Origin: an uncultured delta proteobacterium
GTDB lineage: Bacteria; Myxococcota_A; Polyangia; Haliangiales; Haliangiaceae
Direction of reading: 5' to 3'
Assembly: GCA_963743525.1 (NCBI GenBank)
Contig: CAVUQH010000003.1
Location: 416,001 to 480,000 of the forward strand
DNA length: 64,000 nt
Position 1 is the first letter of the stretch. The number at the start of each line of letters is the position of its first letter. Of the stretch, positions 24,589 to 37,033 are shown piece by piece. Made by a program: the position numbers and the translations under genes. The notes beneath the pieces are model-generated. The model did not search any database, had not been told where the DNA came from, and saw only the letters and a program-made list of their open reading frames with translations.

Positions 24589-25020
24589 CTAGGCGGTCAG
24601 GTAGCGCGCCCAGTCGCCGTGCTCGATCAGCTCGCCGCGATCGGCGTCGGCCGGGTTGGCCAGGGTGTAGACCCACGCCCACGGCTCGCTGCCGTCGCCG
24701 AGGCGCGCGCGCGCGAGCACGCGCCGGTAGCCGTCGCCTTCGTAGGCGTCGAGCAGGAGGAACGCCGGGGCCAGGTCGCGCAACGTCACCAGCTCGCCGC
24801 GCACGACCAGCTCACCGCCCGGGATCACGGCCGGATAGCCCTCGGGCATGGCGTACATCGAGCCGGCCATCTCCGCCGGCTGGGAGGCGGAGACGTGGTC
24901 GCCGATCAGCGAGCGCGCGGTCTGTCCGCTGCGCAGCGTGCCGTAGACGAAGACCCGGTCCACCACCTCTTGCGCCGCCGTCACCCAGCCCGCTTCGCGC
25001 TTGCGTCGCCCCCCTGCCAC
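24589..25020 (-). CDS. Gamma-glutamylcyclotransferase (AIG2-like) family protein
   Basis: VFVYGTLR, GYPA, VRGEL, LDAYEG..YRR, AWVY, GDW. Confidence 0.88.
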   Translation of the reverse strand: MAGGRRKREAGWVTAAQEVVDRVFVYGTLRSGQTARSLIGDHVSASQPAEMAGSMYAMPEGYPAVIPGGELVVRGELVTLRDLAPAFLLLDAYEGDGYRRVLARARLGDGSEPWAWVYTLANPADADRGELIEHGDWARYLTA

Positions 25021-25059
25021 CGCGAACAGTGTAGCGCAGCAACCGTCGGGGACCAGACG

Positions 25060-25830
25060 CTACCGGGCTTTGCCAGCCGCGCCGACGGCCAGCTGTCGCG
25101 TGTGCGGCAGCAGCGACGCGTCGCCGGGGCGACCGTGGCCGGGCACGACGATGGCCGCGTCGCGGTAGCGGTGGATCAGTCGATCCATCGTTTCTGGCCA
25201 GGCGCCGAGGTCGGCGTCGGCGGTGTTGCCGATCCAGTCGGTGGTGGCCGCGCGGATCAGGCAGCCGCCGAACAACAGCCGGTCGCCGGCGACGTAGACG
25301 ACGCTGTTGTCGCGGGTGTGGCCGGCCCCCGGGAAGAACAGCTCGACGTCAACGTCGCCCAGCTCGATCGTCGCCCGGCGGTCGAACGGGTGATCGATGG
25401 CGGCGCCCGCGTCGCCCAGCAGCGTGCGGGTGAGGGCGGTGGCATAGACGGGGATGCCGGCGGCGTGCGCGGTGCCGACGCCGCCGGCGCGGTCGTCGTG
25501 GAAATGGGTCGCGACCATCGCCACCGGCGGGTGTCCGGTGGCCGCGCGGACCCGGTCGATCAGCCACTGCGTCTGCGCCGGCGTCCACGCGGTGTCGACC
25601 ACGACCGCGCCGCGCCGGCCGACGACGATCAGGCCGTTGGCCTCGACCCGGCCGTAGCCGGGCACCTCGGCCGCGCTGACGTGGCGCCAGACGTGCGCGG
25701 TCAGCCGCGACAGCTGGATCTCCGGTCCGCGCGCGCCATCGAAGGCCGCGATGTTCGGCGCCGGCGGCGGCGCGACGCGACCGCCGCAGCCGGTGGCCAG
25801 CACGAGTATCAGTCCCAGTCGACGGATCAC
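25060..25830 (-). CDS. bla: Subclass B1 metallo-beta-lactamase, lipoprotein
   Basis: Lipobox LATGC; ANGLI, VDTAW, THFHDDRAGG (H-x-H-x-D), GAGHTRDN, LFGGC, GN..DADL..WP, VVPGHG. Confidence 0.88.
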   Translation of the reverse strand: MIRRLGLILVLATGCGGRVAPPPAPNIAAFDGARGPEIQLSRLTAHVWRHVSAAEVPGYGRVEANGLIVVGRRGAVVVDTAWTPAQTQWLIDRVRAATGHPPVAMVATHFHDDRAGGVGTAHAAGIPVYATALTRTLLGDAGAAIDHPFDRRATIELGDVDVELFFPGAGHTRDNSVVYVAGDRLLFGGCLIRAATTDWIGNTADADLGAWPETMDRLIHRYRDAAIVVPGHGRPGDASLLPHTRQLAVGAAGKAR

Positions 25831-25848
25831 CGCCGCCCAACGCGCGGC

Positions 25849-25991
25849 CGCGGGCGACTATTCCCCGCCGTCTCCGGCGAGCAGGCGGGCGGCGGCGTCG
25901 ACCAGCGGCATCGCCAGCGCGGGCGACTATTCCCCGCCGTCTCCGGCGAGCAGGCGGGCGGCGGCGTCAACCAGCGGCATCGCCAGCGCGG
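25849..25991. repeat. 69-bp tandem duplication of the 3' end of cobT with CGCGG junction microhomology
   Basis: 25849-25917 matches 25918-25986 except G25900 vs A25969; CGCGG recurs at 25987-25991. Confidence 0.95.
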
Positions 25992-26919
25992 CACCGGTGC
26001 CTTCGCCGCGGGCCAGGCCGAGATCGAACAGCGGCGTCAGGCCCAGCTCGTCGAGGGCGGCGCGGTGGGCGGGAGAGCCGCCGGCGTGGGCGGCGACGAG
26101 ATAGCCGGTGACCTCGGGCGCCAGGTTGGCCGCGATCAGGGCCGCCGCCCAGGTGGCCGCGTCGTCGAGGATCACCGGCACGTTGATCGACGCAGCCGAC
26201 AGCATCAGCCCGGTGAGCACGCCGATGTCGGGGCCGCCGAACGCGGCCAGGAGCTCGAGTGGCGCGCGCATCCCCGGAGTGGCGTCCAGCGCCTCCTCGA
26301 TGGCGCCGCGGTCGGCGTCATCGAAGTCGGCGGCGTTGCCGCAGACCGCCGCGATGATCGCGCCGGCCACCGTCGGGCTGCCAATCGACACCTGTCCCAG
26401 GCCGAGCACGTCGACGCCGGCGTCGGCGATCGACAGCGCCAGGGCGATGCCGGTCTGTACCGAGGTCACTGCCTCGATCGGCGTCATCGCCGCGCCCTCG
26501 CGCAGGTCGCCGGTGCCGTCGCAGATGGGAAAGCGCAGCACGCCGGGGCCGAGGTTGCGCTCGCCGCCGCCGCGGATGCCGCAGTCGACCAGCACCAGCT
26601 GCGCGCCGGCGGTGCGCGCGGCGGCGTTGACCGCGGCGCCGCCGCTGGCCAGGTGGCGCAGCGCCACCACGGTGGGCGCGTCGTCGCCCAGATCGACACC
26701 GGGGTCGGCGATGCCGTGATCGGCGGCGACCACGACCAGGGTCTTGCGGTCGACCACCGGCCGCGGGGAGTGGCGCGCCGCCGCCAGTCGCTCGGCCAGG
26801 GCTCCGACCGAGCCCAGCTCGCCGCCGCCGATCCGCTGGCGCACGCCGGCGGCCTGGGCCCGGCTGGCCGGCAGCACCGCCTCGGCGACGGAGTCGATCA
26901 CGGCGCGCGGTGTGGTCAC
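25927..26919 (-). CDS. cobT: Divergent nicotinate-nucleotide:DMB phosphoribosyltransferase (CobT family)
   Basis: AADHGI, GGAAVN, LAAFGGPDI, PVILD, GLARGEGTGA; B12 gene context. Confidence 0.8.
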   Translation of the reverse strand: MTTPRAVIDSVAEAVLPASRAQAAGVRQRIGGGELGSVGALAERLAAARHSPRPVVDRKTLVVVAADHGIADPGVDLGDDAPTVVALRHLASGGAAVNAAARTAGAQLVLVDCGIRGGGERNLGPGVLRFPICDGTGDLREGAAMTPIEAVTSVQTGIALALSIADAGVDVLGLGQVSIGSPTVAGAIIAAVCGNAADFDDADRGAIEEALDATPGMRAPLELLAAFGGPDIGVLTGLMLSAASINVPVILDDAATWAAALIAANLAPEVTGYLVAAHAGGSPAHRAALDELGLTPLFDLGLARGEGTGAALAMPLVDAAARLLAGDGGE

Positions 26920-26939
26920 GCAGCCATCCTACTGCCGGA

Positions 26940-28013
26940 TCACGATCCGCTCCACAGGCGGCTGCTCCGCTTCTCGCGCACCAGCAGCCACAGGAAGAAG
27001 CCGCCGCCGAAGATCGCCGTGATCACGCCGACCGGCAGCTCGTGGGGAAAGACGACCACGCGAGCCAGCGTGTCGCTGACGACCAGCCCGGCGCCGCCGG
27101 CCAGCATGGATGCCGGCAACAGCACCCGGTGGTCGGGGCCGACCAGCCCGCGCATCACGTGGGGCACGATCAGCCCGACCGCGGCGATCGGTCCGCCGAC
27201 CGAGATGCTGGCGCCGACGATCACCGCACAGGCGGCAAAGGCGATGCTGACCGCGCGAGTCACCGACACGCCGACCGACGCCGCCGCGTCCGGTCCCGCC
27301 GACAGCGCGTTGAGGTCCCGCGCCAGCCACAGCAGCGCCACCAGCCCGGCGCCGATCAGCACCGCCGCTCGCGCGACCTCGGGGTAGCGCAACAGCTCGA
27401 ACCCGCCCATCAGCCAGCGGATGATGCGGCCGATCTGATAGAGGTCCGAGGTGTGCAGCACCAGCATGCTGGCCGCCGAGCAGATCATCGCCACGGTGAT
27501 GCCGGCCAGGATCAAGGTGGCCGGCGGCAGCGATCCGCCGACACGGCCGAGGCGCCACACCAGGTAGGCGGCGACCGCCGCGCCGACCAGCGCCGCCGCG
27601 CTCACGCCGGTGGCGCCCAGCAGCGTGCCGTAGATGCCGAAGCGGATCGCCAGCACCGCCGCCAGCGACGCCCCGGACGAGATGCCCAGGGTGTACGGCT
27701 CGGCCAGCGGGTTGCGCAACACCGCCTGAAAGGCGCAGCCGGCGGCGGCCAGCCCGGCGCCGACCACCAGCGCCGCCAGCGCCCGCGGCAAGCGCGCGAT
27801 GACATAGATGCGCGACGCGTCGGTCTCGGTTCCGAACAGCCCGTGCCAGACGTCGCCCGGGTGGAGCACGTGCAGCGCCCCGGTCATGCGCGCGCCGACC
27901 AGCGGGCACAGCGCGATCGCCAGCGCCGCCGCGGCCAGCGCGATCGCCAGCGACAGCGCCATGCGCCGCCGGGTCAGCCGGCGCACCGGGGCGGCGAACT
28001 CGCCGCGGTTCAC
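26940..28013 (-). CDS. FecCD/BtuC-family ABC permease, probably for cobalamin
   Basis: RLPR, QAVLRNPLAEPYTLGISSGA, VGLIVPH, ELPVGVITA. Confidence 0.92.
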   Translation of the reverse strand: MNRGEFAAPVRRLTRRRMALSLAIALAAAALAIALCPLVGARMTGALHVLHPGDVWHGLFGTETDASRIYVIARLPRALAALVVGAGLAAAGCAFQAVLRNPLAEPYTLGISSGASLAAVLAIRFGIYGTLLGATGVSAAALVGAAVAAYLVWRLGRVGGSLPPATLILAGITVAMICSAASMLVLHTSDLYQIGRIIRWLMGGFELLRYPEVARAAVLIGAGLVALLWLARDLNALSAGPDAAASVGVSVTRAVSIAFAACAVIVGASISVGGPIAAVGLIVPHVMRGLVGPDHRVLLPASMLAGGAGLVVSDTLARVVVFPHELPVGVITAIFGGGFFLWLLVREKRSSRLWSGS

Positions 28014-28798
28014 GGCTGCCCCGCGCGGTCGGGCACCACGAAGCGCGCGCCCGAGCCGGGCAGCGTGCCGACGTGCAGGCTGACGCCGAACGCCGTTGTC
28101 GCCGCCGGCGACGCCAGCACCTGGTCCGGCGATCCGTCGGCGGCCAGGTGCTCGCCGTCGACCACCAGCACGCGGTCGGCGAAGCGCGCGGCCAGGTTGA
28201 GATCGTGGGTCACCGCCAGCGCGGTGACGCCGTGCTCGCGGGTCTCGGTGCGCAGCGCCTCGAAGAAGCTCAGCGCGTGGGCCGGATCGAGCGACGAGGT
28301 CGGCTCGTCGAGCAGGATGATCTCGGTCTGCTGGCAGAACGCCTGGGCCAGCAGCGCCCGCCGCCGCTCGCCGCCGCTGATGGCGTCGAACCGGCGGTCG
28401 GCGAGGTCGCGCACGTCGCAGCGGCGCATCGCCCGGTCGGCGGCGTCGAGGTCGGCCGGGCGCTCGAGGCCCAGCAGCCCGCGCGGGGCGTGGGCGTAGC
28501 GGCCCATCAGCACCACCTCGCCGACGGTGAACGGAAACGCCAGCTGGTACGACTGCGGCACCAGCGCGACGTGGCGGGCCACCTGCCGGCGCGGCGCCGT
28601 CGCCGGATCGAGCCCGGCGCAGCGAATCGTTCCACGGGCCGGCGACATCAGTCCGGCGACCAGGTGCAGCAGCGTGCTCTTGCCCGCGCCGTTGACCCCG
28701 ACCAGGCAGACCAGCTCGCCTTTGTCGATCGTCGCCGACACCCCGTCGAGCACGCGGTGCGCGCCGTAGGAGAAGCCGACCTCGTCGAGGCGAATCAC
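28010..28798 (-). CDS. ABC transporter ATPase (BtuD/FecE-like)
   Basis: GVNGAGKS, ISGGE, LLDEPT, THDLN. Confidence 0.93.
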   Translation of the reverse strand: MIRLDEVGFSYGAHRVLDGVSATIDKGELVCLVGVNGAGKSTLLHLVAGLMSPARGTIRCAGLDPATAPRRQVARHVALVPQSYQLAFPFTVGEVVLMGRYAHAPRGLLGLERPADLDAADRAMRRCDVRDLADRRFDAISGGERRRALLAQAFCQQTEIILLDEPTSSLDPAHALSFFEALRTETREHGVTALAVTHDLNLAARFADRVLVVDGEHLAADGSPDQVLASPAATTAFGVSLHVGTLPGSGARFVVPDRAGQP

Positions 28799-28820
28799 CC
28801 GGCGCTTATACCGCGAAACC

Positions 28821-29720
28821 TCACTTGGGCGGTTCGGGGTAGATCATCGCTTCCAGCCGCTTCAGCGCCTCCGGCAGCGCCGGGCTGGGCGACATGAACA
28901 TCGGATCGTTGGTGCGATAGATGCGGTGGTTGGCCAGCGCCGGTACCGACGGCAGGTCGGGCCACGTGCTCGGCGGCGCGTCGGCGGCGACGTGGGTCGA
29001 CTCGATGATGATCTCGGGCCGCGCCTGCAGGAGCTGCTCGTTGCCGATGTTGGCGTAGCGCACGCCGGAGGCGGCCATGGCGTTGCTCGCGCCGACGATG
29101 GCCAGGAGCTCGTCGATGTAGCTGCCCGGACCGGCGACCACCATGCTGCGCATCGTCTTGGGATCGCGGTCGACCACCGCCAGCACCACCGGGTGTGGGC
29201 CGTTCTTGCGGCGGGCGCGGGTCTCCTCGATCGCGCGCTCGATGCCGGCAGTCAGTGTGCGGGCCCGTTCGCCCGCGCCCAGGGCGTCGCCCGTCGCCTC
29301 CAGCCCGTGCTCGAGATCGGCGATGGTCTGCATCGGCAGCTCGAGGATGTGGAGGCCGGCGCCGCGCAGCACCGCCGCGGCGGTCTCCTGCACCCGGTCG
29401 AGCACGACCAGGTCGGGAGCCAGCGCCAGAATGGCTTCCACGTTGGGATCCGTGAAGCCGCCGACGCGGGGGAGATCCCGGGTGCCTTCGGGCAGCTGCG
29501 AGAAGCGATCGACCGCGACCAGCCGGTCGGTCGCGCCCAGGGCGACCACCATCTGAGTGGCGGTCGGCGTGAGGGTGATGACCCGGGTCGGGATCGCTGG
29601 TTCGACAGGTTTTTCCTTCCGTTGGCCGCATCCAGCAACGGCCACGAGCAGCGCCAGCAGGGGGGGGATCTGCACGGGGAAAACCAGCCGTCCACATGCC
29701 GCACTGCGGCGTACTTTCAT
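28821..29720 (-). CDS. Periplasmic binding lipoprotein (BtuF-like); start uncertain
   Basis: Lipobox VAGC; RVITLTP, LVAVDRFS, PNVEAILALAPDLV, PGSYIDELL. Confidence 0.85.
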   Translation of the reverse strand: MKVRRSAACGRLVFPVQIPPLLALLVAVAGCGQRKEKPVEPAIPTRVITLTPTATQMVVALGATDRLVAVDRFSQLPEGTRDLPRVGGFTDPNVEAILALAPDLVVLDRVQETAAAVLRGAGLHILELPMQTIADLEHGLEATGDALGAGERARTLTAGIERAIEETRARRKNGPHPVVLAVVDRDPKTMRSMVVAGPGSYIDELLAIVGASNAMAASGVRYANIGNEQLLQARPEIIIESTHVAADAPPSTWPDLPSVPALANHRIYRTNDPMFMSPSPALPEALKRLEAMIYPEPPK

Positions 29721-29736
29721 CGACAGGGTCTCGCAC

Positions 29737-29817
29737 GTTTCCACAGGCTTATCCACATGTGTCTGCAAGGTGGCGAAACGGTGGCGGTTGCGCAACTGCT
29801 CGAAACAGTTATCCACA
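29737..29817 (+). promoter_or_regulatory. DnaA-box cluster
   Basis: Perfect TTATCCACA at 29749-29757 and 29809-29817; one-mismatch GTTTCCACA at 29737-29745. Confidence 0.75.
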
Positions 29818-29870
29818 CACAGTGCACACACAGAGCATAGGTTTCATCTCACGTTATCCTACTCATGAAT

Positions 29871-29917
29871 ACACAAGCTGTAGTAGCAGCGGAAAAATCG
29901 ACCCCAAAATCTAGTGG
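29871..29917 (+). promoter_or_regulatory. Tandem NrdR boxes upstream of nrdJ
   Basis: ACACAAGCTGTAGTAG (29871-29886) and CCCCAAAATCTAGTGG (29902-29917), 31 bp apart; TTGACC -35 candidate at 29926. Confidence 0.75.
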
Positions 29918-30072
29918 TTTTTTTCTTGACCCGACCCCACCTCGGGAGGAATATGGCTTTCCTACCGGGGCGGCCGAATTTAGTTCCATTTCTGCCGTAA
30001 TTTTCAACGGATAGGGGCATCCGTACTGGGGTTCCTGCGCCTTTGCGCCGGACCCTTCGAGAGGGGGACTCG

Positions 30073-32964
<2,892 letters not shown>

Positions 32965-32986
32965 TCGGCGTTCGCTAACCACCACC

Positions 32987-33037
32987 GGGCCGGCCGATGC
33001 CGTTCAGAATGCTGACTTGACCGGCATCGGCCCGCTC
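32987..33037 (+). terminator. Stem-loop downstream of nrdJ, no U-tract
   Basis: GGCCGATGCCG (32992-33002) pairs with CGGCATCGGCC (33022-33032). Confidence 0.4.
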
Positions 33038-33052
33038 GCGGACACTCAGAAC

Positions 33053-33409
33053 GTGGGTTCGGAACGACGCCGCTGGCGGAGACTTCGCACGGAGCTTCGG
33101 CTCAAGCTGGAGGTCACCGTCGGTGAGCAGACCGGTCGGATTCTCGGCGCCATTGGCAGCCATCTGAATCCGACCGGTATCTTCGTGCAGCTGGCCGACC
33201 CGCCGCCGCTCGGCTCCAAGGTCAAGGTCACCCTGGCCGCCGAGGGCACCGACGGCGTGCTCACCGCCGAGGGCGAGGTGGTCAACCGCGTGGTCCTCGA
33301 CGAGGGCAACGAGCGCCCGCCCGGCATCGGCATCCGCCTGCGGCAGACCGGCCCCGGCTGGACCAAGCTGTACAACTGGCTGATCGAAGACGCCGACTCA
33401 GAGGAGTAG
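33053..33409 (+). CDS. Stand-alone PilZ-domain protein
   Basis: ERRRWRR (RxxxR), HLNPTGIFV, PPLGSKV, AEGEVV, PGIGIRL. Confidence 0.8.
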   Translation: MGSERRRWRRLRTELRLKLEVTVGEQTGRILGAIGSHLNPTGIFVQLADPPPLGSKVKVTLAAEGTDGVLTAEGEVVNRVVLDEGNERPPGIGIRLRQTGPGWTKLYNWLIEDADSEE

Positions 33410-33464
33410 TTTCGCGGCGATCGGCGTTCGCGGTTGACACGCGCGCCTCGCGGCGCGATGAACG

Positions 33465-33660
33465 TCCGCGTAGCAGGAGGCACGAGACGACGAGCGACTG
33501 ACGAACAGCGCATTGCGGTGAACGGGAAGACCGGTGAGAGACCGGCGCAGCCCCCGCTACTGTGACTGGTGACGAGCGCAGCACGAAGCCACTGAGTGAA
33601 CGACTCGGGAAGGCGCCGCGCGAGGATGATCCAGCAGCCAGGAGACCGGCCGTGATGCGA
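33465..33660 (+). ncRNA. Cobalamin riboswitch (boundaries approximate)
   Basis: AACGGGAAGACCGGTGAGAGACCGG…GCCCCCGCTACTGTGA…GCCACTG…GGGAAGG…AGCCAGGAGACCGGCC upstream of a TonB receptor; TTGACA at 33434. Confidence 0.93.
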
Positions 33661-33742
33661 GTGACGTCCTCCGGGGAGGAGGCAACGGCTCGGTCGCACT
33701 GCCGCGCGCCGAACGTATCGCCCCGGATTTGGATCCGACGCG

Positions 33743-35902
33743 ATGCGAGGCACGCACCTCATAGCCCTCTCCCTTGGCGCGCTCATCGGCGCGGCTCATC
33801 CGGCATACGCCGGTGGAGATGACGACGCTGGCGACGGCGCCATCGTGGTGGCGCCGATCGACGTGCATGGCAAGAAGCCGGCCGACGGCGGGCCCGGCGC
33901 GCTGGTCACCGGCGATGCCGCGCACTCCGACGCCGCGCGCGCCACCGACAATCCCGCGTTCGCCACTGTCGTCCATCTCGACGACCGCACCGGCGAGACC
34001 ACCTCGGTGGCCGAGGTGCTGGCGCGCACCGCCGGTGTCAACGTGCGCTCGCTGGGCGGGCTCGGCGGCTACTCGTCGATCTCGGTCCGCGGCCACGCCT
34101 CCGGGCACACGGCGGTGTTCGTCAACGGTGTGCCGCTGTCGCGGGTGGCCTCGGTCAGCGCGGATCTGGGGCGCTTCAATCTGGGGTCGTTCTCGTCGCT
34201 CGAGCTCTACCGCGGCGGCGTGCCGGTGTCGCTCGGCGGTGCTGCGCTGGGCGGCGCGCTGGTGCTGCACACCGGGGTCGGTCCGGCGGCCGACACTGTG
34301 CGCGTGTCGATGGGCGCGGGCTCGTTCGGCGCCCGCCACCTGCGCGCGCGCTGGCTGGGTGGCCGCGCCGACGGCAGCCTCGGCTACCACCTGTCGGCCG
34401 GCTACACCGGCGCCACCGGCGACTTCGTCTACTTCGACGACAACGGCACCAACCTCAACCCGTCCGACGACGAGATGGTCCACCGGTCGAACAACGGCTA
34501 CGACCGGTTCGACGCCGTCGCCCGGGTGCGCGCGGTCCGTGGCGCGACCACCATCGAGGGCGGGACCCGCACCCTGGTCGAGCGCCAGGGCGTGCCGGGC
34601 AGCGCCACGGTGCAGTCGCTCGATGCGTCGCTCGACACCGTTGGCCAGCTGGCCGACGTCACCGTGCGGCGCCGGCGGCTGATGGGCAGCGACGACGCCA
34701 GCGGCGAGCTGTCGGCCTGGGCGTCGTTCGAGCGTCAGCGCTACCGCGATCTGGCCAACGAGGTCGGCGTCGGCATCCAGGACCGCCGCTACCGGTCGAT
34801 CAGCGCCGGCGCCCGAGCGAGCGCGACCATCGCCCGCGGCGACCACCTGATCCGCGCCGGCGTCAACACCGCGGCCGATTACTACGACGATCGCGATCTG
34901 CTCGACGGCGGCCGCCCGCGGACCCACGGCGGTCAACTGCGCGCCGGTGCGTCGCTGGCCGACGAGTGGCTGCTCGGCGCCGGCGAGCGGGTCGTGCTGC
35001 AGCCGGCGCTGCGCCTGGACGCGATGGTCACCGAGCCGATCGATGAGGCGTCGATGTCGATCACCGGTCCCGCCGATCTGTCGCCGCGCAGCGAGCTGTT
35101 TCCCAGCCCGCGTCTGGCCGCCCGCGTGCGCGTCGCCGACGACCTGGCGATCAAGGGCAGCGCCGGCTGGTACTACCGCGCGCCCACGCTGCTCGAGATC
35201 TTCGGCGACCGCGGCTTCACCGTCGGCAACCCGGCCATCGACTCCGAGACCGGCACCAGCGCCGACGTCGGCGCCGTGTTCGCGCCGCTGGCAGCGGTCG
35301 GCGGGGGCATCGATCGGCTGTACGTCGAGACCGCCGGCTTCGGCTCGCTGACCCGCGACACCATCGTCCAGGTGCCGACCGCCGGCCTGGCGACGGTGGC
35401 GATGAACCTGGGCGACGCGCTGATCTGGGGCGGCGAGCTGACCGCGTCGGCGCGGGCCGCGCGCACCGCGACCATCACCGCCAGCTATACCTATACCGAC
35501 TCGCGCCAGCGCAACACGCTGCCCAGCTATCAGGGCAAGCGGCTGCCGCAGCGGCCGCGCCACATGTTCGACGCGCGCGTCAACGTCGCCCGCCGCTGGT
35601 GGAACCGACTGGCGGTGCTGTGGGTCAACGGCACGCTGGCGTCGGGCAACTACCTCGACGCCGCCAACCTGCGCTCGGTGCCGGCGCGGGCGCTCTTCGG
35701 CGCCGGCGTCAAGCTCGAACCGGTGCCCGGGCTGCTGGTCGGCGTCGAGGTCAAGAACCTCACCGACCAGCGGGTCGAGGACGTGCGGCTCGATCCGGCG
35801 CCGCGCCCCGACCTGACCCGCGCGCCCCGCGCCATCTCCGATTTCTTCGGCTACCCGCTCCCCGGCCGCGCCGTGTACGTGACCGCCGAGTGGAGCCGCT
35901 AG
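33743..35902 (+). CDS. btuB: TonB-dependent receptor, probable B12 importer
   Basis: Signal peptide; plug motifs SISVRG, VFV(N/D)GVPL, LELYRG; YRAPTLLE; KNLTD; GYPLPGR; downstream of the cobalamin riboswitch. Confidence 0.88.
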   Translation: MRGTHLIALSLGALIGAAHPAYAGGDDDAGDGAIVVAPIDVHGKKPADGGPGALVTGDAAHSDAARATDNPAFATVVHLDDRTGETTSVAEVLARTAGVNVRSLGGLGGYSSISVRGHASGHTAVFVNGVPLSRVASVSADLGRFNLGSFSSLELYRGGVPVSLGGAALGGALVLHTGVGPAADTVRVSMGAGSFGARHLRARWLGGRADGSLGYHLSAGYTGATGDFVYFDDNGTNLNPSDDEMVHRSNNGYDRFDAVARVRAVRGATTIEGGTRTLVERQGVPGSATVQSLDASLDTVGQLADVTVRRRRLMGSDDASGELSAWASFERQRYRDLANEVGVGIQDRRYRSISAGARASATIARGDHLIRAGVNTAADYYDDRDLLDGGRPRTHGGQLRAGASLADEWLLGAGERVVLQPALRLDAMVTEPIDEASMSITGPADLSPRSELFPSPRLAARVRVADDLAIKGSAGWYYRAPTLLEIFGDRGFTVGNPAIDSETGTSADVGAVFAPLAAVGGGIDRLYVETAGFGSLTRDTIVQVPTAGLATVAMNLGDALIWGGELTASARAARTATITASYTYTDSRQRNTLPSYQGKRLPQRPRHMFDARVNVARRWWNRLAVLWVNGTLASGNYLDAANLRSVPARALFGAGVKLEPVPGLLVGVEVKNLTDQRVEDVRLDPAPRPDLTRAPRAISDFFGYPLPGRAVYVTAEWSR

Positions 35903-35928
35903 AACGAACCCACCCGAAAGGACCGATC

Positions 35929-37033
35929 GTGAAGCTGTCCATCGTCGCCGTTCTCGCCGCCTGCCTGGCCGCCGCCTGCACCAACTCGCAAGTGGTCAAC
36001 GACCAGCCGCCCGACGGCGAGGCCACCATCTTCGCCGTGTCAACCGACTACACGTCAACCGGCCTGGCCAGCACCATCACCGTGCCCGACCTGGCGGTGA
36101 CGCAGAACGCGGTCAACGGCGTGGCGTCGACCGACCCGGTGGTGCGGCACCTGGGCGACCGGCTGTTCGTGGTCAACCGCCTCGGTGCCGACAACGTCAC
36201 CGTGCTCGACCCGGTGACGCTGCAGCTGGTCGCGCAGATCTCGACCGGCGCCGGCTCCAACCCGCAAGACGTGGCGGCGGTCGGCGACACCCTGTTCGTG
36301 CCCACCTTCGCCGGCACCGGCGTCGTCGTCCTCGACCTGGCGCACCCCGATGACGGCGTCGTCAACACCGTCGATCTGTCGTCGCTCGACTCCGACGGCA
36401 TACCCAACTGCAGCGCGGCTGCGGCCGTCGGCGGCAAGGTGTTCGTCTCCTGCGGGCTGCTCGACGACAACGGCGACCTGTCGGCGCAGGGGCCCGGGCG
36501 CATCGCGGTGATCGACGCCACCAGCCACGCGTTGATCACCGACTTTGCGCTGAACAACGACAACCCGATCGGGCCGTTCGTCGCCCTGCCCGAGCTGGGC
36601 GGCGACCTGATCATCGACACGGTTCCCGACTACGCCGACCTGAGCCAGGGCTGCGTCGAGCGGATCGCCACCGCCAGCCCGGCGGCGTCCGGCTGCTTCA
36701 TCGACCACAGCGACCTCGGCGGCCTCGCCACCGGTATGGCCGACGGCGGCGGCAGCCTGTGGATCGCCATCACCGAGGGGTGGGACGATCAGGACTACCA
36801 GCCGCTGGGCAAGGTGCAGTCGTTCGACCTGGGCACCATGACCCTGGCCAGCGCGCCGATCACCGCCGACGGCGAGCGCGCCTTCGACCTCGCTCGCTGC
36901 CCCACCGGGCACCTGGCGGTGGCGGACGCCGCCGGGGGCATCCGCATCTACGATGCCGACGGCGTCGAGGTGACCACCGCGCCCCTCGACATCGGCCTGC
37001 CGCCCATCGGCGGCGGCCTGACCTGCTACTTGA
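35929..37033 (+). CDS. Beta-propeller (YncE/BtuG-like) lipoprotein; stop restored by deleting one T at about 37030
   Basis: Lipobox [29 protein letters not shown]; reads TGC TAC T TGA at 37024-37033. Confidence 0.75.

Noticed and set aside
29660..29667. G8 tract as a phase-variation switch in the BtuF-like signal region
   Set aside because: An open frame exists as written, the tract is short, and homopolymer length is unreliable in this assembly.
29689..29930. Possible oriC
   Set aside because: Only two or three good DnaA boxes, no clear DnaA-trio or unwinding element, and no dnaA/dnaN/gyrB/parAB nearby; promoter regulation of nrdJ is simpler. Not excluded without GC-skew.
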